From assembly GCA_016235455.1 (NCBI GenBank), contig JACRKZ010000079.1, positions 8,476-72,475 of the forward strand: a DNA stretch of 64,000 nucleotides. Direction: 5' to 3'. The position numbers were made by a program, and so were the translations under genes. The notes under the pieces are model-generated. The model searched no databases. It worked only from the letters and a program-made list of their open reading frames with translations, and was not told the origin of the DNA. The DNA is from Armatimonadota bacterium (lineage in GTDB: Bacteria; Armatimonadota; UBA10988). Below are positions 18,006 to 27,070 of this stretch, one piece after another (the stretch's first letter is position 1; every line of letters begins with the position of its first letter).

Positions 18006-19403
18006 TCACAAATCGACGACATCCCCATAGCCCGGCGCGGTCACCGGCCAGCCGTGCCGTTCGCCCACCAGTCCGGCGAAGCGCTGCGCCACGTCGGCAT
18101 CGCCATGGGTGATGTAGACGTGCTCCGGCGCGCGCTTCAAGGCGCCCAGCCAGGTCATCAGGCCCTCGCGGTCGGCATGACCGCTGAGGCTGTTGATCTT
18201 GGCGATCTTGGCCCGCACTCGGTGCATCTCGCCGAACAGGCGCACCTGGTCGGCGCCTTCCACGAGTTGCCGACCCAGCGTGTGCGCCGCCTGATAGCCG
18301 GCGAACAGGATGGTGCTCTCGGACCGGCCCAGGTTCTGGGCCAGATGGTGCTTGATGCGGCCGGCGGTGCACATGCCGCTGGCCGAGATGATGATGGCTG
18401 ACCCGCGGATGTTGTTGATGGCCTTGGACTGCTCGCGGCTGGAGCAGAACTGCACCGACCGGTAGCCGATGGGATCCTTGCCAAGGTCGTACAGCCGCCG
18501 CGTCTCGTCGTCGTAGCACTCGGGGTGGTCGTAGGTGATCTTGGTCGCCTCCACCGCCATGGGGCTGTCGACGATGGTCAGAATGGGCGGGATCTGCTTG
18601 CTCTGCACCAGTTCGCGCAGATGGTAGAGCAGCGCCTGCGTCCGGCCGACGGCGAAGGCCGGCACCACCAGGTTGCCGCCGCGGCGGATGGTGTCAAGCA
18701 CCACGTCGCGCAGCTTGCCCGCCGTCTCTTCGCTGGGTTCGTGGACGCGGTCGCCGTAGGTGGACTCACAGACCACGATGTCGGCGTCGTCGAACGGCTC
18801 AGGATCGCGCAGAATGACGCGGTCGGGCACGCCCACGTCGCCCGAGAAGACGATGGTGCGGGTTTGGCCGTTCTCGGTGATCTCGAGTTTGATGCTGCCC
18901 GAGCCGAGCATGTGACCCGCGTCGTTCCAGGTGCCGCACACGCCGTCGAGCAACTCGGTGCGCTGATGGTAGCGCACGGCCACCAGGTCGCCCAGCGCCG
19001 CCTCGGCGTCGGCCACCGTATAGAGCGGCTGCGTCGGCCCGGTGTCGCGCCCGGCGCGCTGGTGCCGCTTGGTCTTGAAGCGCGCGTCTTCCTCCTGGAT
19101 GTGGGCCGAATCGAGCAGCATCAGCTCGGCCAGATCGCAGGTGGCCTCGGTGCCGAAGATGCGGCCGGCGAAGCCCTGCTTGGCCAGCAGCGGCAGCCGT
19201 CCGATATGGTCGATGTGGCTGTGTGTGAGGAGAACGGCCTCGATCTCGCGCGGATCGAAGGGGAACGGCGCCCAGTTGCGATCCTGGAAGGCGCGTTCCT
19301 GGAACATGCCGCAGTCGATGAGCAGCTTCCGGCCCGCGACCTCGAGCAAATAGCACGAGCCGGTGACTGAACCGGCTGCACCGCAAAACGTCAGTTGTGC
19401 CAC
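18006..19403 (-). CDS. MBL-fold beta-CASP ribonuclease
   Basis: GAAGSVTGS, IDCGMFQ, THSHIDH, AGHMLGS, FSGD, CESTYGDR, PAFAVGRTQ, SASGMCTAGRIKHHL, SGHAD. Confidence 0.92.
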   Translation of the reverse strand: MAQLTFCGAAGSVTGSCYLLEVAGRKLLIDCGMFQERAFQDRNWAPFPFDPREIEAVLLTHSHIDHIGRLPLLAKQGFAGRIFGTEATCDLAELMLLDSAHIQEEDARFKTKRHQRAGRDTGPTQPLYTVADAEAALGDLVAVRYHQRTELLDGVCGTWNDAGHMLGSGSIKLEITENGQTRTIVFSGDVGVPDRVILRDPEPFDDADIVVCESTYGDRVHEPSEETAGKLRDVVLDTIRRGGNLVVPAFAVGRTQALLYHLRELVQSKQIPPILTIVDSPMAVEATKITYDHPECYDDETRRLYDLGKDPIGYRSVQFCSSREQSKAINNIRGSAIIISASGMCTAGRIKHHLAQNLGRSESTILFAGYQAAHTLGRQLVEGADQVRLFGEMHRVRAKIAKINSLSGHADREGLMTWLGALKRAPEHVYITHGDADVAQRFAGLVGERHGWPVTAPGYGDVVDL

Positions 19404-19447
19404 GAGCGTCTCCTGCTACCAGGATGGCACACAGCAAGGGTCGACGT

Positions 19448-20485
19448 CTAGCTCAACCCGGCCCGCAGCAGGTCCTGCACATCGACGATGCCCACGGCCC
19501 GGCCCTCGCCGTCGACCACGCACAGGTTGTCGAACTCGCGGCTCTGCATGATGGCCAGCGCCTCGGTGGCCAGGCGGTCGGGCGTGATGGTGGTCGGGTT
19601 GCGGCCCATGACCGCGGAGACCGGCTCGGCCAGCACCGCCGCGCCATGCTGCTCGAGCTTGACGCGCAGGTCGCCGTCGGTGAACACACCCACCAGCCGG
19701 CCGGCGTCGTCGACCACGTTGGTTACGCCTCGCACGGGCGCCTGGGTCATAACCAGCAGCGCCTCCTGCACGGTCTGGTCGGCGCGGACCATGGCCTGGT
19801 CGCCGCCGGCGCGCATGATGTCGCCCACGGTGAGCAGCAACTGCCGGCCCAGGCTGCCGCCGGGATGCAGCAGCGCGTAGTCTTCGGTGCCGAAGCGGCG
19901 CGCGCGCATCAGCGTCATGGCCAGGGCGTCGCCCACGGCCAGCATGACGGTCGTGCTGGAGGTCGGCGCGAGGTTGTGCGGGCAGGCTTCACGCTCGACC
20001 GCGACGTTAAGCACGACTTCGGCGTGCTGCGCCAACGTCGATTCCGTGCGTCCGGTGACCGCGATGAGCTTGGTACCCAGCCGCGCCAGCGAGGGCAGCA
20101 GCGCGACGATCTCGTCGCTCTCGCCGCGGTACGAGAAGGCCAGCACCACCTCACCGCGCCCGACCATGCCCAGGTCGCCGTGGACGCCCTCGGCCGCCGA
20201 CACGTAGACCGCCGGCGTGCCCGTGCTGGACAGCGTGGCCGCGATCTTGTGGGCGATATGGCCGGACTTGCCCACGCCAGTGACCACCACGCGTTTGGCC
20301 GGTCGCTCCAGAATGAGCTTCACGGCTCGGCCGAACGCCGCGTAGTCGAGCGCTTGGGTGGCCTCGGCCAGCGCCGTGGTCTCGGCCACCAGCGTCTCCA
20401 CCGCGGCCTGCACCCACTCCGCGGGCACGCCCGCCTCGGCCGCCGCCGCCGCCACGAAGCTCAAGCCGTCCGCCGCCTCACCCAT
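19448..20485 (-). CDS. kdsD: Arabinose-5-phosphate isomerase (KpsF/GutQ family, SIS plus two CBS domains)
   Basis: [58 protein letters not shown]; overlaps kdsA. Confidence 0.92.
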   Translation of the reverse strand: MGEAADGLSFVAAAAAEAGVPAEWVQAAVETLVAETTALAEATQALDYAAFGRAVKLILERPAKRVVVTGVGKSGHIAHKIAATLSSTGTPAVYVSAAEGVHGDLGMVGRGEVVLAFSYRGESDEIVALLPSLARLGTKLIAVTGRTESTLAQHAEVVLNVAVEREACPHNLAPTSSTTVMLAVGDALAMTLMRARRFGTEDYALLHPGGSLGRQLLLTVGDIMRAGGDQAMVRADQTVQEALLVMTQAPVRGVTNVVDDAGRLVGVFTDGDLRVKLEQHGAAVLAEPVSAVMGRNPTTITPDRLATEALAIMQSREFDNLCVVDGEGRAVGIVDVQDLLRAGLS

Positions 20486-21299
20486 GGGTTACCGCCTCCC
20501 GAATCCGCTTGACCGTCGCCAGCAACGGTGCCAAGTCGTCCAGTGCCAACTGGTTTGGCCCATCGCACAGTGCCTGGTCGGGGCAATCGTGGACCTCCAG
20601 GAACAGGCCGTCGATGCCCACCGCCGCCGCCGCGCGCACCAGCGGCGGCACGAGCCGGCGGTCGCCGCCGCTCTGCTCGCCGCCGGCCGACGGCAGCTGC
20701 ACGCTGTGCGTGCCGTCGAACAGCACCGGCACGCCGAGCCCGCGCATGGTCACCAGGCCGCGCATATCCACCACCAGGTTGTGGTAGCCGAAGCTGCTGC
20801 CGCGCTCCATGAGCGCCACGCCGACCGCACCCGACTCGCTGAGCTTACGCACCACCTGGGCCATGTCCTCGGGCGCCACGAACTGGCCCTTCTTCACCGT
20901 CACGGGCCGGCCGGTCCGCGCGGCGGCCACCAGCAGATCGGTCTGTCGGCAGAGGAAGGCGGGGATCTGCAGAATGTCCACCACCTCAGCCACCGGCGCG
21001 CACTGCCACGACTCGTGCACATCGGTGGTCACCGCCAGGCCGAGCTCGGCCTTGACTCGCGCCAGGATGCGCAGACCCTCCTCGAGCCCCGGCCCGCGGT
21101 AGGCGGCGATGGAACTGCGGTTGGCCTTGTCGAAGCTGGACTTGAAGACATAGGGCAGGCCCAGCGCGCGCGCCACCTCGGCGATGCCGGCGGCCATGCG
21201 CAGCGTGTGGGCTTCGCTCTCGATGACGCATGGGCCGGCGACGAGGACCAGATCAGGTCCGCCCAACTCGATGCCTGGGGCGATGGTGACCCTATTCAC
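20478..21299 (-). CDS. kdsA: KDO-8-phosphate synthase
   Basis: [63 protein letters not shown]. Confidence 0.97.
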   Translation of the reverse strand: MNRVTIAPGIELGGPDLVLVAGPCVIESEAHTLRMAAGIAEVARALGLPYVFKSSFDKANRSSIAAYRGPGLEEGLRILARVKAELGLAVTTDVHESWQCAPVAEVVDILQIPAFLCRQTDLLVAAARTGRPVTVKKGQFVAPEDMAQVVRKLSESGAVGVALMERGSSFGYHNLVVDMRGLVTMRGLGVPVLFDGTHSVQLPSAGGEQSGGDRRLVPPLVRAAAAVGIDGLFLEVHDCPDQALCDGPNQLALDDLAPLLATVKRIREAVTHG

Positions 21300-21342
21300 A
21301 TGACTGCTCCGATGGGCCGCGGCGGCCGTCTGATAGGCGCCC

Positions 21343-21400
21343 GCCCGAACCAGTGCCGGACCGCCACGCTGGAGCGTGGCGGTCCGGCACTGGTCCGGGC
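21343..21400. repeat. Near-perfect long palindrome upstream of kdsA
   Basis: ACCAGTGCCGGACCGCCACGCT (21349-21370), GG, AGCGTGGCGGTCCGGCACTGGT (21373-21394): 22-bp perfect arms, extended by GCCCG/CGGGC after one mismatch. Confidence 0.9.
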
Positions 21401-21557
21401 TGGTGCGCGTGTGCGCGCAATCTGGCGACCGTCAAGGGAGCCGCCATCGGCCTGAAGGCGGACCAACAGACCAGCAAGCCGCACGCCATTATACGCCCTG
21501 ACACGCTCCCACCCTCGCCCCATGCTGCACTCAGCCCAACTGACAAGGAGTGAGCAC

Positions 21558-21941
21558 ATGCGCAGAGCGGTACTGGTGTCCGCGATGGTCTCGATGGCCC
21601 TCGTCCTGGCTGGCTGCAAGCAGAAGACCGACACAGCCGCGGCCCCGGCGCCGCCGACCCCGGTCGTCGCACGGAATACCGCGCCCGCGGCCGACAAGAC
21701 CGTGGCCGCGAACAAGGACGGCTGCACCGATTGCGCCACCAAGCCTGGTGACACCAAGACCGGCGGCGCGACCGGCACCACGGCCGAGGCCGGCAACAAG
21801 ACCTGCCCGGTGATGAAGGGTCGCGCGGTCAACCCCGACCTGTTCGTCGAGTACAAGGGCAAGAAGATCTACGTCTGCTGCCGCAAGTGCCTGGCCGAGG
21901 TTCAGGCGCACCCCGAGAAGTACGCCGACGCATCGTCGTAG
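21558..21941 (+). CDS. Lipoprotein with YHS/TRASH metal-binding domain
   Basis: AAGGAG RBS; lipobox LAGC; CTDC; C-terminal CPVM...VEYKGKKIYVCCRKC...HPEKY. Confidence 0.8.
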   Translation: MRRAVLVSAMVSMALVLAGCKQKTDTAAAPAPPTPVVARNTAPAADKTVAANKDGCTDCATKPGDTKTGGATGTTAEAGNKTCPVMKGRAVNPDLFVEYKGKKIYVCCRKCLAEVQAHPEKYADASS

Positions 21942-21946
21942 CGCGT

Positions 21947-22459
21947 CTACCGCAGGCCAAACGGATCCCTGGCTCGCAGTTCCTTCACCTGGGACTGCTG
22001 GCCAGGGTTCATCTGTTTCCAGAGCGGCTCCCAGGCCTGCTTGCGCTTGGCCATGACCCGGGCTGACGCCTCCGACGCGGAGTCGTTGCGCCGGTTCACC
22101 TCGGCCGGGTCAACCTTCTCGCCGTGCTCTTTGAGGTAGGCCATGAACTCGGCCGACTGCCGCTCGAGTTGCTCGCGGTCCGCCTTGGTGTCGGCCAGGA
22201 ACGTATCGCTGGCCTTCTTGACCGCCGTCTTCTGCTCAGCGCTCAGTTTGAGTTCGTCGGCCTTGGCCAGCAGCCAGCCCGGCTCAGGGAACTCGCCCAC
22301 CTCGGGATCGCTGACCAGATTGCTGGGCGCGGTCATGGCCGCGGCCGGCGGCGCGGCGGCCGCCGATGCCGCGGGCGCCGACAGTGGCGGGGCCGGCCGA
22401 TGGCAGGCCGCAAGCAGCATCAGCGGCAGCAGGGCGATGACCAGGTAGTACCGGCTCAT
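21947..22459 (-). CDS. Spy/CpxP-like helical lipoprotein
   Basis: Likely start MSRYYLVIALL at 22459 (overlaps the MFS stop, GAGGAG RBS); lipobox LAAC; ELKLSAEQ and QMNPGQQ resemble LTxxQ motifs. Confidence 0.6.
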   Translation of the reverse strand: MSRYYLVIALLPLMLLAACHRPAPPLSAPAASAAAAPPAAAMTAPSNLVSDPEVGEFPEPGWLLAKADELKLSAEQKTAVKKASDTFLADTKADREQLERQSAEFMAYLKEHGEKVDPAEVNRRNDSASEASARVMAKRKQAWEPLWKQMNPGQQSQVKELRARDPFGLR

Positions 22460-23829
22460 ACAGGTCTCCTCGGCTCGGCTCGAACCACTGAGAGCACAGC
22501 GCCTAGCGCGCCGGCTGCCGCCGCCACGCCGAAGGCGCAGCCCACCGCGCGCACTTCGGTCATGCCATGCGCCATGGCGGTCGTGACCACCGCGCCGGCC
22601 AGTCCCACGCCCAGCACCATGCCGCCATTGCGTGAAGTGGCCAGCACGCCCGAGGCGATGCCCTGGCGATGCCGTGGCGCCGAGCCCAGCAAGGCGCTGT
22701 TGTTGGGCGAGATGAAGATGCCGGTGCCCAACCCGGCCAACGCCGTGCGTAGCGCGACCGACCAGCCCGGCGTAGCCATGCCGACAAACGCCAGCGAGGC
22801 CAGCGCCGCCGTCAGCAGCACCATGCCCACCGCGCTGGGCAGCCGCGTACCACGATGGTCCGACCAGTGTCCGCTGAGCGGCGCCACCACAGCCATGATC
22901 AGCGGCTGCGCGGTGAGAATGAGGCCGGCCTGCGCGGCGGTCATGTGGCGCACATTGATCAGGTAGTGTGGCACCAGGAACACGATCGAGTAGACACAGA
23001 TGTAGTTGCACACGGCGCTGGCCACCGAGGAAGAGAAGACCGGCTCGCCGAATAGCGACAGGTCGAGCATCGGGTGCGGGTTGGTCCGTTCGGCGCGTAC
23101 GAACAAGGCCGCGATCACCACAGACATGCACAGCGTGCCAACGATGGCCGGCGAGCCCCAGCCCAGTCGATGCGCCTGGTTTAGGCCCCACAGCAGCAGC
23201 ACCATGGCCAGCAGGAAGAGCGTGGAGCCCATGGGATCGTAGGGTTCGCGCTCGCCGCTCGGCCGGTCGGTGGGCACGCACAGCAGCGCAATGACCACGG
23301 CCACGATGCCGATGGGCAGGTTCACATAGAAGATGCTGCGCCAGCCATAGCTGGTGGCCAGCCAGCCGCCCAGGCTCGGCCCGCAGGTCAGGCCCAGGTA
23401 GGTCATGGTGGCTTGCAGGCCCAGCGCGCGCCCACGCTCGGCGGGCGGGAAGTGCTGCGTGAGCAGGGCCGGCGCGTTGGAGGTGATCATCGCCCCGCCC
23501 ACCGCCTGGAGGCCGCGCGCGGTGACCAGCCAGACCAGGCCCGGCGATGCCGCGCAAGCCAGCGAGGACAGCACGAACAGGCCGAAGCCCCAGGTGAAGA
23601 CCCGCTTGTGGCCGTGCAGGTCGCCCAGCCGGCCGAAGCTCAGCAGCAGCCCGCTCAGGCCCAGCAGGTAGACGGTGACCACCCACTGGCTCTGGTCGAA
23701 GGCCACGTGCAGCGACTGCCGAATCAGCGGCAGCGTGGTGTTGACCACGCTGGTATCCAGCGCCGTCATGAACGTGCCGGCGCCGACCGCCAGCAGCACC
23801 AGCCATTTCCGCTCAACGGTCAACCGCAC
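22456..23829 (-). CDS. DHA2 (EmrB/QacA) family MFS efflux transporter
   Basis: FMTALDTSVVNTTLP, GRLGDLHGHKR, ARGLQAVGGA, GPSLGG, WRSIFYVNLPIG; about 14 hydrophobic segments. Confidence 0.9.
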   Translation of the reverse strand: MRLTVERKWLVLLAVGAGTFMTALDTSVVNTTLPLIRQSLHVAFDQSQWVVTVYLLGLSGLLLSFGRLGDLHGHKRVFTWGFGLFVLSSLACAASPGLVWLVTARGLQAVGGAMITSNAPALLTQHFPPAERGRALGLQATMTYLGLTCGPSLGGWLATSYGWRSIFYVNLPIGIVAVVIALLCVPTDRPSGEREPYDPMGSTLFLLAMVLLLWGLNQAHRLGWGSPAIVGTLCMSVVIAALFVRAERTNPHPMLDLSLFGEPVFSSSVASAVCNYICVYSIVFLVPHYLINVRHMTAAQAGLILTAQPLIMAVVAPLSGHWSDHRGTRLPSAVGMVLLTAALASLAFVGMATPGWSVALRTALAGLGTGIFISPNNSALLGSAPRHRQGIASGVLATSRNGGMVLGVGLAGAVVTTAMAHGMTEVRAVGCAFGVAAAAGALGAVLSVVRAEPRRPV

Positions 23830-23851
23830 AGCCTACCCCGCGCCGTTCATG

Positions 23852-24865
23852 CTACCACAGCGTCGAGCGGGTCGGCGCGCCGGCCGGTGCCGCGGACGGC
23901 TTGAGCGGTGCCAACCGGCTCAGATCCAGCGTGAAGGCATTGAGTGCATTGTCGCGCCATTTGCCCAGCGACGGCGACCAGGTACGCACCTGCACGCTCT
24001 GGCCGTTGGCGGCGAAGGTCAACAGCCGTAGCCAGCCGTAGCCACCCTCGGGCTCGTTCTGGAAGTCCGACAGCAGCTGATGCACCGGCGCGCCGGCATC
24101 GTTGGTGCTGGTCAGCCGCGCTACGCCGGCGATGTGCCCGCACAGCACCAGGCAGACATTGGCGTTGCGGCGGATCAGCGCGTTCCAGATCTGCTCGCCA
24201 TCCATGAGCCCGCCGGGCAACTTCTCGAAGCCGTAGCGGTGCGGGTTGCCCGACTGCTTGGGGTCCTTGGTGATGTCCTGGCGCTGGCCGCTGTTGTGCA
24301 GGTAGGCGTGCGTGACCACGATCGCCCGGCGATCGCCGTGCTCGGCCAGCACGCGGTTGGCCCAGGCCACCGCCCAGGTGCGTGGCGCATATTCCAGGCA
24401 CAGCACGATCCAGCGCGTGCCGCCGGCGGAGAACAGGTAGTAGCTGTTCTCGATACTGTCCGGCTCCATCAGCCCGCCGGTGTGCGGTGCCCCGCGCAGC
24501 GCGTCGGTGGTGAAGTAGCGGCTGGCCAGCGTGGTGCGCGACTCACTGCGGCCGTCGACACCGTAGTCGTGGTTGCCCAGCTCGATGCCATAGGGCACGC
24601 GGCCGTCGAGCGCGGCCATGGCCGCGCGGGAGTTGGCCCACTCGTCGTCGTTGTTGTGGCTGGTCACGTCGCCCAGGTGCGCCACGAACCGCAGGTTCAG
24701 TTCGCGTGCGTGGTCGGCCAGCCACCGTGTCTGCTGGGCGAAGTGCTCGGGGAACGAGGCGCTGTAGATCTGCGTGTCGCCGATGACTCCCAGCGTCCAG
24801 CTCTCACCGGCCATCGCCGGCCAGGCGGCGAGCGCGAGCAGCAATACGAGCTTGTGTCGCATCAT
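23852..24865 (-). CDS. Secreted calcineurin-like metallophosphoesterase (paralog A)
   Basis: Signal peptide; GDTQ, HLGDVT, GNHDY, THAYLH, CGHI. Confidence 0.85.
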   Translation of the reverse strand: MMRHKLVLLLALAAWPAMAGESWTLGVIGDTQIYSASFPEHFAQQTRWLADHARELNLRFVAHLGDVTSHNNDDEWANSRAAMAALDGRVPYGIELGNHDYGVDGRSESRTTLASRYFTTDALRGAPHTGGLMEPDSIENSYYLFSAGGTRWIVLCLEYAPRTWAVAWANRVLAEHGDRRAIVVTHAYLHNSGQRQDITKDPKQSGNPHRYGFEKLPGGLMDGEQIWNALIRRNANVCLVLCGHIAGVARLTSTNDAGAPVHQLLSDFQNEPEGGYGWLRLLTFAANGQSVQVRTWSPSLGKWRDNALNAFTLDLSRLAPLKPSAAPAGAPTRSTLW

Positions 24866-24873
24866 GGGGTCCC

Positions 24874-25881
24874 TCAGCGCAGCGTAGGCGTCGGCAGGCA
24901 GCGCGATGGCACCTCGGCGGCGGTGCCGCGCAGGTCCAGGTCGTAGTGTGTGGCGGCATCATCGCGCCATTTGCCCGTGCTCGGCGCAAAGCAGCGCATC
25001 TGCGCGCTGCGCCCATCGGCGGCGATGGTCAGCAGCGGCAGTAGCGATCCGCCGCCTTCGGCCTCGCCCTGAAAATCGGTGAGGATCTGGTGGACCAGCG
25101 CGCCGGCATCGTTACGGCTGGTCAGGTGGGCCGAGCCGAACACGTGGCCGCTGAACACGAAGACGACGTTGGCGTGCCGGCGGATGAGCCGGTCCCACAG
25201 TTCCTCCCCGTCACTCACGCCGCCGGCCAGCCGCTCGAACCCGGCATAGGCGTGCGGGTTGAACCACATCTCGCCTTCCTGCTTGGCCGCCAGCCGCAAG
25301 CGCTGGCTGGAATGGTGCAGGTAGGCGTGGGTGGCGACGATGGCGGGCAGGCCCGGATACTGCTCCAAGACCCTGTTGGCCCAGGCGATGGTCCGGTCGC
25401 GCGGACCGTATTCCAGGCACAGCGCCAGCCAGGCACGGCCGCCGGCGCGGAAGATGTGGTAGCTGTTGGCCAGCGAGCCCGGCTCCATGACGCCGGCCAG
25501 TGTGGGTTCGGGCCGCGCCAAGGGGCCCTTGTCGAACAACGAGGCCCGCTTGCCGCTCGGCGCCGGGTCGAGGTAATCGTGGTTGCCCCAGGCGTAGGCC
25601 GTGGGCACGACGCCGCGCAGGGGCGCCATGGCCTTCTCGGCCACCTGCCACTGTGCGGTGCTGTTGCCCACGTTGACGATATCGCCCAGGTGGATGGCCA
25701 TGGGCACGCGCAGTTCCCGGGCGTGCTCGGACAGCCAGCGGGTCTGCGCCTCGTAGTGCGCGGGCCACTTCTCGCAGTAGTTCTGCGTATCGGGCAGCAA
25801 GGCCAGAGTCCAGCTCTCGGCTGCCCACAACTGGGCGGCGACACCCAGCACCAGCAGCACCACGGTCAAGCATCGCTTCAT
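24874..25881 (-). CDS. Secreted calcineurin-like metallophosphoesterase (paralog B)
   Basis: Start MKRCLTVV at 25881; PDTQ, HLGDIV, GNHDY, THAYLH, SGHV; colinear with paralog A. Confidence 0.85.
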   Translation of the reverse strand: MKRCLTVVLLVLGVAAQLWAAESWTLALLPDTQNYCEKWPAHYEAQTRWLSEHARELRVPMAIHLGDIVNVGNSTAQWQVAEKAMAPLRGVVPTAYAWGNHDYLDPAPSGKRASLFDKGPLARPEPTLAGVMEPGSLANSYHIFRAGGRAWLALCLEYGPRDRTIAWANRVLEQYPGLPAIVATHAYLHHSSQRLRLAAKQEGEMWFNPHAYAGFERLAGGVSDGEELWDRLIRRHANVVFVFSGHVFGSAHLTSRNDAGALVHQILTDFQGEAEGGGSLLPLLTIAADGRSAQMRCFAPSTGKWRDDAATHYDLDLRGTAAEVPSRCLPTPTLR

Positions 25882-25963
25882 GCGCACGGCTCCGGGCTGA
25901 GGCTTGCCCGCGGGCTGGCCATCTCCTCCTCGCGTGCTAAGATGGCGCACCGGAGAACCGACG

Positions 25964-26377
25964 ATGGTCGAGATGGATGTGGTCTACGAAGGCGGCCTGC
26001 GCTGCCTGCTCACCCATGGCCCCAGCGGCAGCGAGGTGCGCACCGACGCGCCCGTGGACAACCATGGCCGCGGCGAACTGTTCTCGCCCACGGACCTGGT
26101 GTCGAGCGCGCTGGGCGCCTGCCTGCTGACCATCATGGGCATCCTGGCCGAACGGCACACGCTGGACCTGACCGGCGCGCGCGTGCACGTCTCCAAGGAG
26201 ATGACCGACACGCCACCCCGGCGCATCGCCCGGCTGACCTGCGCCATCAGCGTGCCGCCCGGCGTGCCCGAGGAGCTGCGACCAGCGTTCGAACGCTCGC
26301 TGCGCACCTGCCCCGTGGCGCAAAGCCTGCACCCCGACATCGAGAAGGTCATCGAGTTTGCCTGGGACGTGGCGTAG
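25964..26377 (+). CDS. OsmC-family protein
   Basis: TDAPVDNHGRGELFSPTDLVSSALGAC...TCPVAQSLHP; GGAG RBS; TGcTAAGAT extended -10-like site. Confidence 0.92.
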   Translation: MVEMDVVYEGGLRCLLTHGPSGSEVRTDAPVDNHGRGELFSPTDLVSSALGACLLTIMGILAERHTLDLTGARVHVSKEMTDTPPRRIARLTCAISVPPGVPEELRPAFERSLRTCPVAQSLHPDIEKVIEFAWDVA

Positions 26378-26402
26378 CCCAGAGCGTGAACATCACCGTA
26401 GA

Positions 26403-27065
26403 TCAACCGCTGGGCGGGGCCAGGTAGCGCAGCGCCGCCTCGCTGAACGTGCCCGCCAGCCAGGCGTTGGGCAGGCGGGCATTGCCCTGGTAGCAGACGG
26501 CCACGCGACCAGCGGCGCGGCCGACCACCTGGGCGGGCGGGCCTTGGCGCTTGTATGGTTCGGCGCGCCATTCGCTCAGCCGCAGCGCCCAAGCGTTGGC
26601 GGCGCTCCAGTTGCTGGTGGTCGTCGGGTCCTCGGGGTCGAGGATACGCCAGAACCCGCCGCCATGCCGCAGGGGCTGGCTGAGCGTCTGGCCAACCGTC
26701 GGCGCGGCCGGCAACGGCAAACTCAGCCACTCGCCGTCGGTCAGCGGCGCGGTCAGCGAGGCCAATGGCGCGCTGGCCACCTGCAACACCCAGGCGTCGC
26801 CGACCCGCTCAATGACCACCGCCTTGGCCGTGAAGGTCCGGCCGCCCACGTAGCCGACAAGCCGGTCGGTCGGCACGTTGTCCAGCGTCGGCTGGTCGGT
26901 CCAGCGAAAGCCCGCCGGCTCAGCCTGCTTGGCGGAGGGTGTGGCCTTGGGCGCCGCCGTCGCAGGCGGCGGTGCTGACGACGATGCGTTACCCGGCACC
27001 GGCGTCGGCGGCGGCGCGCAGCCGGCCAAGCCCAGGATAGCCACGCCGAGACACCACCGCCGCAT
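26403..27065 (-). CDS. Hypothetical lipoprotein
   Basis: ATG at 27065 well spaced from AAGGAG; lipobox LAGC; Pro/Ala linker; no family recognised. Confidence 0.65.
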   Translation of the reverse strand: MRRWCLGVAILGLAGCAPPPTPVPGNASSSAPPPATAAPKATPSAKQAEPAGFRWTDQPTLDNVPTDRLVGYVGGRTFTAKAVVIERVGDAWVLQVASAPLASLTAPLTDGEWLSLPLPAAPTVGQTLSQPLRHGGGFWRILDPEDPTTTSNWSAANAWALRLSEWRAEPYKRQGPPAQVVGRAAGRVAVCYQGNARLPNAWLAGTFSEAALRYLAPPSG

Positions 27066-27070
27066 CGCCG

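Noticed and set aside
18006-19403. Metallo-beta-lactamase resistance gene
   Set aside because: The beta-CASP and C-terminal SGHAD motifs indicate an RNA-processing nuclease.
21947-23806. 619-aa ORF overlapping the MFS gene
   Set aside because: Only the last 170 aa (from ATG 22459 with RBS and lipobox) look like a real protein; the rest is an alternative frame of the MFS gene.
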